NCBI GenBank assembly: GCA_021798935.1
Contig: JAJZBL010000001.1
Span: 129,292 to 193,291 of the forward strand
From: Candidatus Micrarchaeota archaeon
Lineage (GTDB): Archaea; Micrarchaeota; Micrarchaeia; Micrarchaeales; Micrarchaeaceae
Reading direction: 5' to 3'
Length of the DNA stretch: 64,000 nt
Positions 1-8,680 of the stretch are shown one piece after another (the stretch's first letter is position 1; every line of letters starts with the position of its first letter). A program made the translations under genes and the position numbers. Below the pieces are notes generated by a model. That model worked only from the letters and a program-made list of their open reading frames with translations. It was not told the origin of the DNA and did no database searches.

Positions 1-285
1 CTGTCTCTTTAGCTCAGGCTCATACTTCTCGCCAACCAAATTTACAAGTTCATTATATACTATATCTGTTATATAGTCATTAGAGGGTATTCCAGCAGGT
101 GGTTTGCTCTTTAAAGCTTTCTCCTCTATCCTTTTTGTCAGATTTAGCACTAATTCAACATCAACATCCCCCATTATGAGGGTTTTTTGGAGCTCCTTGT
201 TGAACTCTCTTATAACCTTAGCATCGATTATAGTTGAATGTGTAAGCTTGGCTAAAGCCTTCCTAAGAGAATCTCCAAAATCCAT
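1..285 (-). CDS. srp54: Signal recognition particle protein SRP54, N-terminal part (runs off the left edge)
   Basis: Not in the ORF track. Manual translation from ATG at 285: MDFGDSLRKALAKLTHSTIIDAKVIREFNKELQKTLIMGDVDVELVLNLTKRIEEKAL..., typical of the SRP54 N domain. The frame stays open to base 1. Confidence 0.9.
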   Translation of the reverse strand, partial: MDFGDSLRKALAKLTHSTIIDAKVIREFNKELQKTLIMGDVDVELVLNLTKRIEEKALKSKPPAGIPSNDYITDIVYNELVNLVGEKYEPELKRQ

Positions 286-326
286 TCAAATTTACCTTTC
301 AGCTTGCCTTAAAAATTAAACAATAC

Positions 327-569
327 TCACTTTATCTTCTCTGTGCTTACTATCACGCTTTCGGATATGTTCTTTACTCTCTCATAGTTTACAGTATTTT
401 TCCTGAACTCCTCTCCTTTGCCTTTGCCACTTGCAAGATCCTCAAGTTTAACAAGCATCAAACTGTTTACACTTCCACTTTCCATGTCTAATATTATGTC
501 TTCTACATACCCTAGTTTGTGCCCTGTATTTGTTATTATTTCCTTTCCATACAAATCTGATGTAAGCAT
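327..569 (-). CDS. PRC-barrel domain protein
   Basis: SDLYGKEIITNTGHKLGYVEDIILDMESG...VKNISESVIV fits the archaeal PRC-barrel pattern. Confidence 0.8.
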   Translation of the reverse strand: MLTSDLYGKEIITNTGHKLGYVEDIILDMESGSVNSLMLVKLEDLASGKGKGEEFRKNTVNYERVKNISESVIVSTEKIK

Positions 570-631
570 CTTATCACCAAATACTTTTGCCTTTTAATAT
601 TTATAAACCCATTACAAAAAACGAAAAATAT

Positions 632-1189
632 TCACTTTATCCTATATACCTTCTTCATTGCGAAGATTCTGCTTATATATTCCTGCATATTTTCCAATAA
701 TCTGTCCCTGTCCTCATTTAACTCTTTAAGCTCATTTTCATCAAAAAGGTCCTTGTGGTTCTCTATAAGGTATTTAAGATAAGTATCAGTCAGATAGTAA
801 CTTTTGGAATTGCAGTCATTGCATATGTAAGTAGGTATTATTGGTATATTGCCTTTTTTCAATTTAGTAACTGATTTCGAAAGGTTCTTTGACCCACATT
901 TTGGGCAGGCCTTATTAAGCTTTACCTCTTCGTATATAGATTCCCTTATGTCTTCTAGCCCATTGGCTTCTATAAATTTATCTGCAAAGTCTCTAGCGGA
1001 CTTACCACCTGCTTCAACAAGATTCTGATTTAGCACGCCCCCATTCAAGTCAAATAATGTCTGCAATATTGCGTCTTCAACAGGTTCCCACACTAAAGAT
1101 ACCATTCCAATGCCTTCAGAATAAAATTCAAGCTTTATACTATGAGTAGGGCTTTCACTTATAAATGCCTCCCCCTTGTTGTCATTCAA
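632..1189 (-). CDS. Hypothetical protein with Zn-ribbon motif
   Basis: 185-aa ORF with CPKC...CNDC, co-oriented with its neighbours. Confidence 0.6.
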   Translation of the reverse strand: MNDNKGEAFISESPTHSIKLEFYSEGIGMVSLVWEPVEDAILQTLFDLNGGVLNQNLVEAGGKSARDFADKFIEANGLEDIRESIYEEVKLNKACPKCGSKNLSKSVTKLKKGNIPIIPTYICNDCNSKSYYLTDTYLKYLIENHKDLFDENELKELNEDRDRLLENMQEYISRIFAMKKVYRIK

Positions 1190-1409
1190 TCTTTTTCACC
1201 TTTACTGAATTTTTAATTATTGCTTCTTCAATATCATCAGGAGTTATTATAGCATGCTTCTTTATCTTGGCATTGTCGACTGCCTCCTTAGCTATCTTGC
1301 CTGCCTGTGAATCTAAGAATTTTATTATGCTATCTATTGCGTCATCGCTGATCCTTACCTTGTATTTCTCCTTTACATAATTTTTTATAGTTCTTTTAGA
1401 TATCGGCAT
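1182..1409 (-). CDS. Archaeal histone-fold protein
   Basis: MPISKRTIKNYVKEKYKVRISDDAIDSIIKFLDSQAGKIAKEAVDNAKIKKHAIITPDDIEEA resembles HMf-type histones (RIS.DA...A...A...K...I...DI). ATG at 1409 follows an AGGTGG SD-like motif. Confidence 0.8.
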   Translation of the reverse strand: MPISKRTIKNYVKEKYKVRISDDAIDSIIKFLDSQAGKIAKEAVDNAKIKKHAIITPDDIEEAIIKNSVKVKKIE

Positions 1410-1423
1410 TTGGATCAACCACC

Positions 1424-1487
1424 TGATTCAGCACTCAAGATCTTCTTCATTGCAAAAGCTCAGAAACGCGAAATTCATCATCCAACC
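1424..1487 (-). ncRNA. C/D box guide sRNA candidate
   Basis: The minus strand reads ATGATGA (C, 1481-1475), atttcgcgttt, CTGA (D', 1463-1460), gcttttgca, ATGAAGA (C', 1450-1444), agatcttgagtg, CTGA (D, 1431-1428). Order and 11-12 nt guide spacing are canonical. Confidence 0.75.
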
Positions 1488-1636
1488 TATTACAAGTTTA
1501 AAATAAATAAACCTTTGCTTTTGAATGCGAAGTCGAGAACAAATACAAAGTACAATGCAATAAAAGCGTGCCAGTAAAATTTTTTAAGGGAATATTTTAA
1601 TATTTATAACCCAAAAATAAATTATATGTGATAAAA

Positions 1637-1972
1637 ATGAGTGCAGAAGAAAATAAGGTTGAAGAAGTCAACTCCAGTGATTTTGAAGAGAAAGTCCTTA
1701 AGTCTAAGGTGCCTGTCGTTGTAGATGTATGGGCAGAATGGTGTGGACCATGTAGGATGTTCTCGCCTATAATAGAGGAGGTAGCACCAGAATACAATGG
1801 CAAGGTCAAATTCGTAAAGCTGAATGCAGATGACAATGAGGATATTGCGGCAAGGTACAACATAATGAGCATTCCTACATCTCTTCTAATAGAAAAAGGT
1901 GAAGTAAAGGCAGAAAATGTAGGAGCAGTGCCAAAAGCAGTCCTAAAGAAATGGATAGATGACAATCTTTGA
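1637..1972 (+). CDS. trxA: Thioredoxin
   Basis: WAEWCGPC active site, cis-Pro motif SIPT, Trx length. Confidence 0.95.
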   Translation: MSAEENKVEEVNSSDFEEKVLKSKVPVVVDVWAEWCGPCRMFSPIIEEVAPEYNGKVKFVKLNADDNEDIAARYNIMSIPTSLLIEKGEVKAENVGAVPKAVLKKWIDDNL

Positions 1973-1991
1973 GTAAGGCTGGGATGTTTTA

Positions 1992-3275
1992 ATGGCCGAT
2001 TTGCCTTTTCCTAAAGGATTCAGGGACATGATGCCTAATGAGGCATTGTTCCGCAGCAAAATGCTTAGGAAAATAGAGGATATTTTTCAGCTTTACGGAT
2101 TTGTAAGCATATATACACCTAAGTTGGAATCAATGCAATTATTGAGGGCAAAAGAATCCATAGGGGAGGAGAACAAGCTGATTTTTGAGTTAAAAAATGA
2201 AGGTTTGGGTCTGAGATATGATCAGACAGTATCCTTAGCGCGTTATTTTATAATGCACTCCAACCTGCCATTGCCTTTCAAACGTTACTCTATAGGAGAA
2301 GCTTGGAGGATGGACGAACCTCAGCGCCTTAGGTACAGGGAGTTCACACAAGCTGATATAGATATAATAGGAGGGGATGCTGTAAAGGCAAATGCAGAGA
2401 TCATAGCAACAGCTTCAAAAGTCTATGAAGCTTTCGGTGTAGATTATAAGATATCCATAAATGATAGAAAGATGCTCGATGAATTTTTTTCTACTCTTGG
2501 GATAAGCAAAGAAAAGCAAGTAAAAGTTATGCGTGCAATAGACAAGATGGACAAGTTAGGCACTGCAGGAGTAAAGGGATTGCTAAAGGAAATTGAGTTA
2601 AAGGAGGAGCAAACCAATAAAATAATGGACTTAATATCACATGAAGGAACAAACAGCGAAAAACTAAGTTATATAAAATCCTTAATCGGAGATGAATCCG
2701 CATTAGAACTTGAGAATACTCTTTCACTATTAGAATCATATAATATAAAATCTGCACCCGCTATTGACTTCTCTACTGTGAGAGGCATAGACTATTACAC
2801 CAGCGTAGTATTCGAATTCAAAACCAATGGAGAAAATGCCTCATTAGGTGGCGGAGGCAGGTATGACAATTTGATATCAAACTATGGGGGCAAGCAAATA
2901 GGTGCCGTAGGCTTTGCAGTTGGGGTAGACAGATTACTAGATATATTAAAGTTTCAGGAATCAAAAGAGGTAACTCCTGCAATGGTATTCGTTTCCAACA
3001 TCAAGAAAGAAAATTATAACTATGCGCTGAAGGTTTCTAATATGCTAAGGGAATCTGGCATAAAAGTTGATCTGAATGATTCTGATAGGAACGTTGCAAA
3101 TCAATTATCCTATGCAAATGCACTTATGTTTAAATATGTTGTATTCGTAGGGCCAACTGAAGAACAATCGATGACTGCAAAAGTAAGGGACATGAACACA
3201 GGTGCTGAAACCACAATAGAGCTTAGCAAGCTTAAAGATTTCTTCACCTTCTCTGATAAAGCTATAGAAAGATGA
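1992..3275 (+). CDS. hisS: Histidyl-tRNA synthetase
   Basis: PKGFRD, LRYDQT, RYREFTQADID, RGIDYYT, GGGRYDNL motifs plus a C-terminal anticodon-binding domain. Confidence 0.97.
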   Translation: MADLPFPKGFRDMMPNEALFRSKMLRKIEDIFQLYGFVSIYTPKLESMQLLRAKESIGEENKLIFELKNEGLGLRYDQTVSLARYFIMHSNLPLPFKRYSIGEAWRMDEPQRLRYREFTQADIDIIGGDAVKANAEIIATASKVYEAFGVDYKISINDRKMLDEFFSTLGISKEKQVKVMRAIDKMDKLGTAGVKGLLKEIELKEEQTNKIMDLISHEGTNSEKLSYIKSLIGDESALELENTLSLLESYNIKSAPAIDFSTVRGIDYYTSVVFEFKTNGENASLGGGGRYDNLISNYGGKQIGAVGFAVGVDRLLDILKFQESKEVTPAMVFVSNIKKENYNYALKVSNMLRESGIKVDLNDSDRNVANQLSYANALMFKYVVFVGPTEEQSMTAKVRDMNTGAETTIELSKLKDFFTFSDKAIER

Positions 3276-3417
3276 TACAGGACAATAGTCAAAAGAGCAA
3301 AATCCTAAATTTAAAACGTTAGTTTTAAAAGGTATTGCATTGTAATAATAACACAGATAGGCATATTGCTCTATTGGTAATTTGCATTCTTGCTTAAACA
3401 TACTACGAAGTGTAATT

Positions 3418-3732
3418 ATGACTGAATCGACAAATAACATTCGTCTTGCTGTAGATACTGGAGAGACAGCACTGGGATTAAATAGCGTTATTGATTCTAT
3501 AAAAAACAATACCGCTAAGCTTATAATATTAGCTAAAGTAAATGATAACGACATACTTGAAGATATACAGCATATGGCGAAAGTAGCAGAGATAAATGTG
3601 CAGTTATTTGATGGGAATTCGATGGACCTTGGTTCATTGTGTGGGAAACCATTTTCCGTATCTGCATTGTCTATAATAAATCCAGGTACTTCTGATATTT
3701 TAAAAGGGCTCGATACAAAGAGCGATAAATAA
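3418..3732 (+). CDS. rpl30e: 50S ribosomal protein L30e
   Basis: IRLAVDTG...G...LGSLCGKPFSVSALSIINPG.SDIL, located upstream of S12. Confidence 0.92.
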   Translation: MTESTNNIRLAVDTGETALGLNSVIDSIKNNTAKLIILAKVNDNDILEDIQHMAKVAEINVQLFDGNSMDLGSLCGKPFSVSALSIINPGTSDILKGLDTKSDK

Positions 3733-3744
3733 AGGTGTTATAAT

Positions 3745-4173
3745 ATGCCAAATGGTCAATTTGCAGCTAGAAAATTGCTGACAGAAAGGAAGCATCAGCG
3801 TATGCTTAAGAAATGGTTAAAGAGAAGGAAATTGAAACTTAAAGCTAAATACGACCCTGTAGGAACAAATCCACGTGCAAAGGCTCTTGTCCTCCAGAAG
3901 TACTCTGTAGAACAGAAACAACCTCATTCAGGGCAGATAAAGTGTGTCAAAGTGCAGCTTATAAAGAATGGCAAGGTTGTCGGGGCATATGTACCGAATG
4001 AAGGAGCTATAAACTTTGTCGATGAACACGATGAAGTGACAATAGAGGGTCTTGGAGGATCACAGAGAGGACAAATGGGTTGCATACCTGGATTAAAATA
4101 CAAGGTTGTAGAAGTTAATGGTGCTAACCTTAGGCTTGTAGCCAAAGGAAAGAAGCAGAAGCCAAAGAGATGA
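3745..4173 (+). CDS. rps12: 30S ribosomal protein S12 (uS12), divergent
   Basis: KQP.S...KCVKVQLIKNGK.V.AYVP..GA.NFVDEHDEV, followed by S7 and EF-2. Confidence 0.95.
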   Translation: MPNGQFAARKLLTERKHQRMLKKWLKRRKLKLKAKYDPVGTNPRAKALVLQKYSVEQKQPHSGQIKCVKVQLIKNGKVVGAYVPNEGAINFVDEHDEVTIEGLGGSQRGQMGCIPGLKYKVVEVNGANLRLVAKGKKQKPKR

Positions 4174-4178
4174 TATTG

Positions 4179-5066
4179 ATGCCTGCCAATAAAAAAAGCA
4201 ATAAAAATACCAAAGAAACCAAGCCAAAAGAAAAAGGTAAAGAACAGAAGCCAGTAGAGAAGCCCAAAGCTTCTGAAGAGAAGCAGGAGCATACTGCTTC
4301 AAAAGAAACAAAAGAATCAAAGAAGGAAGAGCTAGCAGAAGCAAAAGAAGAAAAGAAGGAAAAAGCAGAAGAAAAAAGAGAGGCCAAAGCTGAAGAAAAA
4401 GCCGAAGAGAAGTCTGAAAAAGAAAAGGAAAAAACCGAAAAATCCGAAAAGAGCTCATCAATAAACAAAATAAAACTCTTCAATAAATATGATTACGATG
4501 TTTTGGTAGAAGACCTCAGCCTTAGGAATTACGTGAATCTCAAGCCCATGGTAAATCCTCTTACATATAGGAGAGGAAGTGGCAAACCTTTCTCAAAAGC
4601 AAACATCAACATAGTAGAAAGGCTTGAGAACTCCTTAATGAGGGGAGGTACGGGAAGTAGGATAGGAGGGCATACGATAAGAACTGAAGGAAGGCTTCAG
4701 GGAAAGAAGATAAAGGTAATGAAGATAATAGAGGAGGCTTTTGATAGTGTATACAACCAAACAAAGTTAAATCCACTTGCTATCTTTATAGTAGCATTGG
4801 AAAACAGTGCACCTATAGAAGATACTACAAGGATAAGACAAGGAGGCACAATATCAAACATATCCGTTGACGTAAGTGCAAGCCGCAGGCTTGATATCGC
4901 CTTGAGGAACATCGCAACAGCATCGATAATAGGAGCATTTAACAATAAGAAGAAGATAAGTGACGCATTAGCTTCCGAGATAATACTTGCATCTAAAAAT
5001 GATATCAACAGCTATTCGATCAAGAGAAAGAACGAAATAGAGCGTATGGCTAGAAGTGCAAAATGA
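4179..5066 (+). CDS. rps7: 30S ribosomal protein S7 (uS7) with about 95-aa K/E-rich N-terminal extension
   Basis: The C-terminal 200 aa are archaeal S7 (NIVERLENSLM, NPL.IFIVALENSAP.ED, VDVSASRR.D.AL, E.ERMARSAK). Confidence 0.95.
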   Translation: MPANKKSNKNTKETKPKEKGKEQKPVEKPKASEEKQEHTASKETKESKKEELAEAKEEKKEKAEEKREAKAEEKAEEKSEKEKEKTEKSEKSSSINKIKLFNKYDYDVLVEDLSLRNYVNLKPMVNPLTYRRGSGKPFSKANINIVERLENSLMRGGTGSRIGGHTIRTEGRLQGKKIKVMKIIEEAFDSVYNQTKLNPLAIFIVALENSAPIEDTTRIRQGGTISNISVDVSASRRLDIALRNIATASIIGAFNNKKKISDALASEIILASKNDINSYSIKRKNEIERMARSAK

Positions 5067-5078
5067 TGGTGCTTTTTA

Positions 5079-7271
5079 ATGGTAAGAAAAGAGTATATTG
5101 TTGAAGAAATAGTAAAGATAATGAAGAATACAGACCAGATAAGGAACGTAGCAATTATAGCACACGTCCACCATGGCAAAACTACATTGACAGATTCATT
5201 GTTAGCGAGAGCAGGACTTATATCCAAAGCAGCAGCAGGAGATGCATTATACACGAATTACGAAGCTATAGAGAAAGATAGGAAGATGACTATTAAATCA
5301 GCTAACATATCATTAGGTTTTCCATATAACGGCAAGGACTATATAATAAACCTTATAGATACACCAGGACACGTCGATTTTGGTGGAGGCGTCACAAAAG
5401 CTATGCGTGCCATAGATGGAGTTATACTTGTTGTAGATCCTGTAGAAGGTATAATGCCGCAAACTGAAACAGTGCTCAAGCAAGCACTTAAAGAAAAGGC
5501 AAAACCAGTGCTATTTATAAATAAAGTTGACAGGCTGCTTACAGAGCTTAAGCTCAGCCCAGAGGAAACTTTTTCGAGAATATCTGCGTTGATAGGAAAC
5601 ATAAACAGGCTAATAGAAAAGAATGTACCTGAGGAATTTAAAGGCCAATGGAAGGTTAGTGTAGAAGACGGAAGTGTAGCAATGGGTTCTGCTTACAAGA
5701 AATGGGCAATATCAAAGCTGATAATGGAAAAGTACCATACAACCTTCAAGGATATATTTGCATTGACTGCGGCTGGAGATGAAAAGAAGCTGCAGGAAGT
5801 AGGGCCTATAGATGAAGCTGTATTGGCAATGATTATAGATCACCTACCAAGTCCAAAGGCTGCGCAGTCTTACAGGATACCACACATATGGAAAGGTGAC
5901 ATGAATAGCGAATCCGGAAAAGCAATGTCACTTGTCGATGATAACGGAAAGGCAGTTGGTGTAGTATTTAATTTGACATATGACCAGCATAGCGGAGAGG
6001 TAGTAGTAGCAAGAATATTCTCAGGAATTGTAAAGAAAGGAACTGAGGTACATATTTCAGGCCAAGCCTCTACTCAAAGGATACAGATGGTTGGCATATA
6101 CATGGGTCCTGACAGGATTATTGTAGACGAGATACCTGCAGGTAACATAGCCGCAATAATAGGCTTAAAGGACATTAGCATAGGGGATACAATAAGTGAG
6201 GAAGATATAGAGCCATTTGAGCAGATAACTCATTATTCAAAGCCTGTAGTTACAAAAGCTATAGAAGCCAAGGATTCCAGGGATACCTCAAAGCTTATAG
6301 AAGCCTTGAGAGAATTGTCAAAAGAGGATCCAACTATACAGGTTGAGATAAACCAAGAAACTGGAGAGCATTTGGTAAGCGGGATGGGTGAACTGCATCT
6401 AGAGATAATTGAAACAAAATTGCGCGATAATTTCAAGATACCTATAATATCCAGCGCACCTATAGTAATTTACAGGGAAACAATAGACAAGAAAGCAGGC
6501 CCAGTTGAAAGCAAAACTCCGAACAGGCATTCAAGATTTTATATGACAGTGGAACCGCTTCCAGATTCCGTGCAGAAAGCAATAGATGACGGAATAATAA
6601 GAGAGGGCAAGCCAAAGGGACAATCAGCTATAGAAGACCTTGTTTCTGCAGGGTTGGATAGGGTAATTGCAAAAAACACTGTAGACATATATAACAAATG
6701 CATATTGGCTGATGTGACTCACGGAGTACAATATATGAATGAAGTGATGGAGCTTCTAATTGATGGATTTGAAGAAGCAATAAAGGACGGTCCACTAGCC
6801 AGGGAGAAATGCTCTGGGGTACTAGTAAGCATAGTAGATGCAACAATACACGAGGATCCTGTGCATAGAGGTCCTGCGCAGGTAATACCTGCATCAAGGA
6901 ATGGCGTATATGCAGCTATGTTGGAAGCCGGTGTATTCCTTCTTGAGCCTATGCAGATCTATACGATAGAATCCCCTCAGGATTATATGTCAGGATTAAT
7001 AACTTTTGTTCAGAGCAAGAGAGGGCAAGTACAGGAGATAACACAGGTAGGAGAAGATGTAAAACTTGTATCAAAGATGCCAGTTGCAGAAACTCTTAAA
7101 GGGTTTTCAAATGATATGAGGAGCCTTACTCAAGGAAGGGCTACATGGTATACGGAGTTCGCAGGATTTGAAAAGTTGCCTGCCAATATACAGCCGCAGG
7201 TGGTGAGGGAAATAAGGCAAAGGAAAGGGCAGCCGCCAGAGCCTCCAAAGGCATCCGATTTCTTGGAATGA
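5079..7271 (+). CDS. fusA: Translation elongation factor EF-2
   Basis: 730 aa; G-domain motifs HGKTT, DTPGHVDF, NKVD; diphthamide loop HEDPVHRGPAQ; follows S12-S7. Confidence 0.97.
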   Translation: MVRKEYIVEEIVKIMKNTDQIRNVAIIAHVHHGKTTLTDSLLARAGLISKAAAGDALYTNYEAIEKDRKMTIKSANISLGFPYNGKDYIINLIDTPGHVDFGGGVTKAMRAIDGVILVVDPVEGIMPQTETVLKQALKEKAKPVLFINKVDRLLTELKLSPEETFSRISALIGNINRLIEKNVPEEFKGQWKVSVEDGSVAMGSAYKKWAISKLIMEKYHTTFKDIFALTAAGDEKKLQEVGPIDEAVLAMIIDHLPSPKAAQSYRIPHIWKGDMNSESGKAMSLVDDNGKAVGVVFNLTYDQHSGEVVVARIFSGIVKKGTEVHISGQASTQRIQMVGIYMGPDRIIVDEIPAGNIAAIIGLKDISIGDTISEEDIEPFEQITHYSKPVVTKAIEAKDSRDTSKLIEALRELSKEDPTIQVEINQETGEHLVSGMGELHLEIIETKLRDNFKIPIISSAPIVIYRETIDKKAGPVESKTPNRHSRFYMTVEPLPDSVQKAIDDGIIREGKPKGQSAIEDLVSAGLDRVIAKNTVDIYNKCILADVTHGVQYMNEVMELLIDGFEEAIKDGPLAREKCSGVLVSIVDATIHEDPVHRGPAQVIPASRNGVYAAMLEAGVFLLEPMQIYTIESPQDYMSGLITFVQSKRGQVQEITQVGEDVKLVSKMPVAETLKGFSNDMRSLTQGRATWYTEFAGFEKLPANIQPQVVREIRQRKGQPPEPPKASDFLE

Positions 7272-7303
7272 TGGAAATCAGAGGTTTTGGGGCATAGTGA
7301 ACG

Positions 7304-7317
7304 AAAGGTATTTATAA
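7304..7317 (+). promoter_or_regulatory. BRE-TATA promoter AAAGGTATTTATAA upstream of rpl7ae
   Basis: The identical 14-mer recurs at 28526-28539 and 40218-40231, each upstream of a translation operon. It matches the archaeal purine-rich BRE plus TTTATA consensus. Confidence 0.65.
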
Positions 7318-7419
7318 GTGAATATCAAACTTGTAAATACACGATAAAGCTTAAACTGCTTGCGTTCACTATTTTATGAATTTAATGCTAACCAATGAAG
7401 TTAGATCTAAGGTGTAAAA

Positions 7420-7860
7420 ATGGCCGAGGTATCAAAAGAAATTTTGGATAATACATACGAAGCTTTACAATCGGTAAAGCAGTCTGGAAAGATAAAGAAA
7501 GGAGTCAATGAGACAACAAAGAGCGTAGAGAGAGGCATGGCCATGTTTGTGGTATATGCATCAGATGTACAGCCCGCAGAAATTGTCGCACATCTTCCTA
7601 AACTTTGTGAGGACAAAAAGGTGCCTTTTATAGAGGTTCCAAGCAAGCTAGATCTTGGAAAGGCGATAGGATTGAACGTGCAGTGCTCTGCAGTATCCGT
7701 AGAAAATGCAGGCAGCGCAGAATCAAGCATAAAGTCAATAATCTCAAAGATTACTGGAAAATCCTCTGAAAAGAAAGAGCCTCAGGCAAAGGAAGCAAAA
7801 GAATCAAAAGAGGCTAAGAAAGAGGAGGTTAAAGAAAGTGAGCCTAAGAAGAAAGAGTGA
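7420..7860 (+). CDS. rpl7ae: 50S ribosomal protein L7Ae (K-turn-binding protein)
   Basis: KIKKGVNETTKSVERG.A.FVVYASDVQP.EIVAHLP.LCEDK.VP; K/E-rich C-terminal tail. Confidence 0.97.
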   Translation: MAEVSKEILDNTYEALQSVKQSGKIKKGVNETTKSVERGMAMFVVYASDVQPAEIVAHLPKLCEDKKVPFIEVPSKLDLGKAIGLNVQCSAVSVENAGSAESSIKSIISKITGKSSEKKEPQAKEAKESKEAKKEEVKESEPKKKE

Positions 7861-7865
7861 TTATA

Positions 7866-8105
7866 ATGTCTGAATTTCAATTGCCTGCACCTCAGTTTTC
7901 AGGTTTTCTTGCTGAAATAATCAGCATCGATATGAAGCACAAGACTGGGATGTATGGGGAAGTGTACCTGGTATCCTGCAAGATCCTTGAAGGGAAGGAT
8001 AAAGGCAGGATTATAAGGAGGAATATGATAGGTCCAGCTAAGCCTGGGGATGTTATAAGGCTTCCAGATACAAGCAGAGAAGCAAGAGAGATAAAGGTGA
8101 AATGA
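7866..8105 (+). CDS. rps28e: 30S ribosomal protein S28e
   Basis: KTGMYGEV..V.CKILEG.DKGRIIRRN..GP...GD...L.DT.REA; sits between L7Ae and L24e. Confidence 0.92.
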   Translation: MSEFQLPAPQFSGFLAEIISIDMKHKTGMYGEVYLVSCKILEGKDKGRIIRRNMIGPAKPGDVIRLPDTSREAREIKVK

Positions 8106-8114
8106 GGGTTTTTT

Positions 8115-8324
8115 ATGAAGTGCTCCTATTGTTCAAAAGAAATAAAGAAAGGGACAGGAATACTGTACGTTTTCAAGACTGGAAAGGTAAATTATTTCTG
8201 CTCTAATAGGTGCTATGTAAACAGCATAGTGCTAAGGAGAAAATACAACAAGAAAGAATCCTTAAAGGCAAAGGAAACCGATCTCTCAAGGGTTATAAAA
8301 GCAGAAAGCCAAGAGCAGAAGTAA
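8115..8324 (+). CDS. rpl24e: 50S ribosomal protein L24e
   Basis: CSYC.KEI..GTG..YV.K.G....FCS.RC TRASH-type motif. Confidence 0.95.
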   Translation: MKCSYCSKEIKKGTGILYVFKTGKVNYFCSNRCYVNSIVLRRKYNKKESLKAKETDLSRVIKAESQEQK

Positions 8325-8573
8325 CAGGCGTAAGGCAATTATGACGCTTAAAAACCCAAAATTCAAGGCAGGCTCTCAAAAGCCAGAAAAAATCCCAATA
8401 ACCTCAAGATTGTTTATATTGTTTCTAGTTTTTTCATTTTTAGTTGGTTCCAAGCATTTGATATTCCACCACAAAAACAAGAGAGAAAGCAGAGATACCG
8501 ATCTACTTAACTAATTTTTCATAAAAGTTGTATCTGTTTAACTTAAGGAACCAATTTTAACAACGCGAACTAA

Positions 8574-8606
8574 AAATCCCACATCCTTTAAGGTGGAGGA
8601 ATGTCA
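8574..8606 (+). mobile_element. Possible degenerate IS200/IS605-family right-end remnant
   Basis: AAATCCCACATCCTTTAAGGTGGAGGAATGTCA resembles the subterminal hairpin plus GTCA end typical of tnpB-carrying IS ends. No tnpA/tnpB ORF is recognisable nearby. Confidence 0.35.
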
Positions 8607-8680
8607 CAGATATACCTATATCCATTTAAGTTCACAAACAGTTTTTAATTTTTTATGCATAAAATAAAATTGTGATTGAT

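Noticed and set aside
1464-1474. Assignment of the D' guide to the 23S GCGAAAU segment
   Set aside because: Only 7 bp of complementarity from memory, too short, and the organism's rRNA is not in the window.
7375-7419. K-turn in the rpl7ae 5' UTR (known autoregulation in other archaea)
   Set aside because: A CTAAC/GTTAG hairpin exists, but I could not place tandem G.A pairs with a 3-nt bulge.
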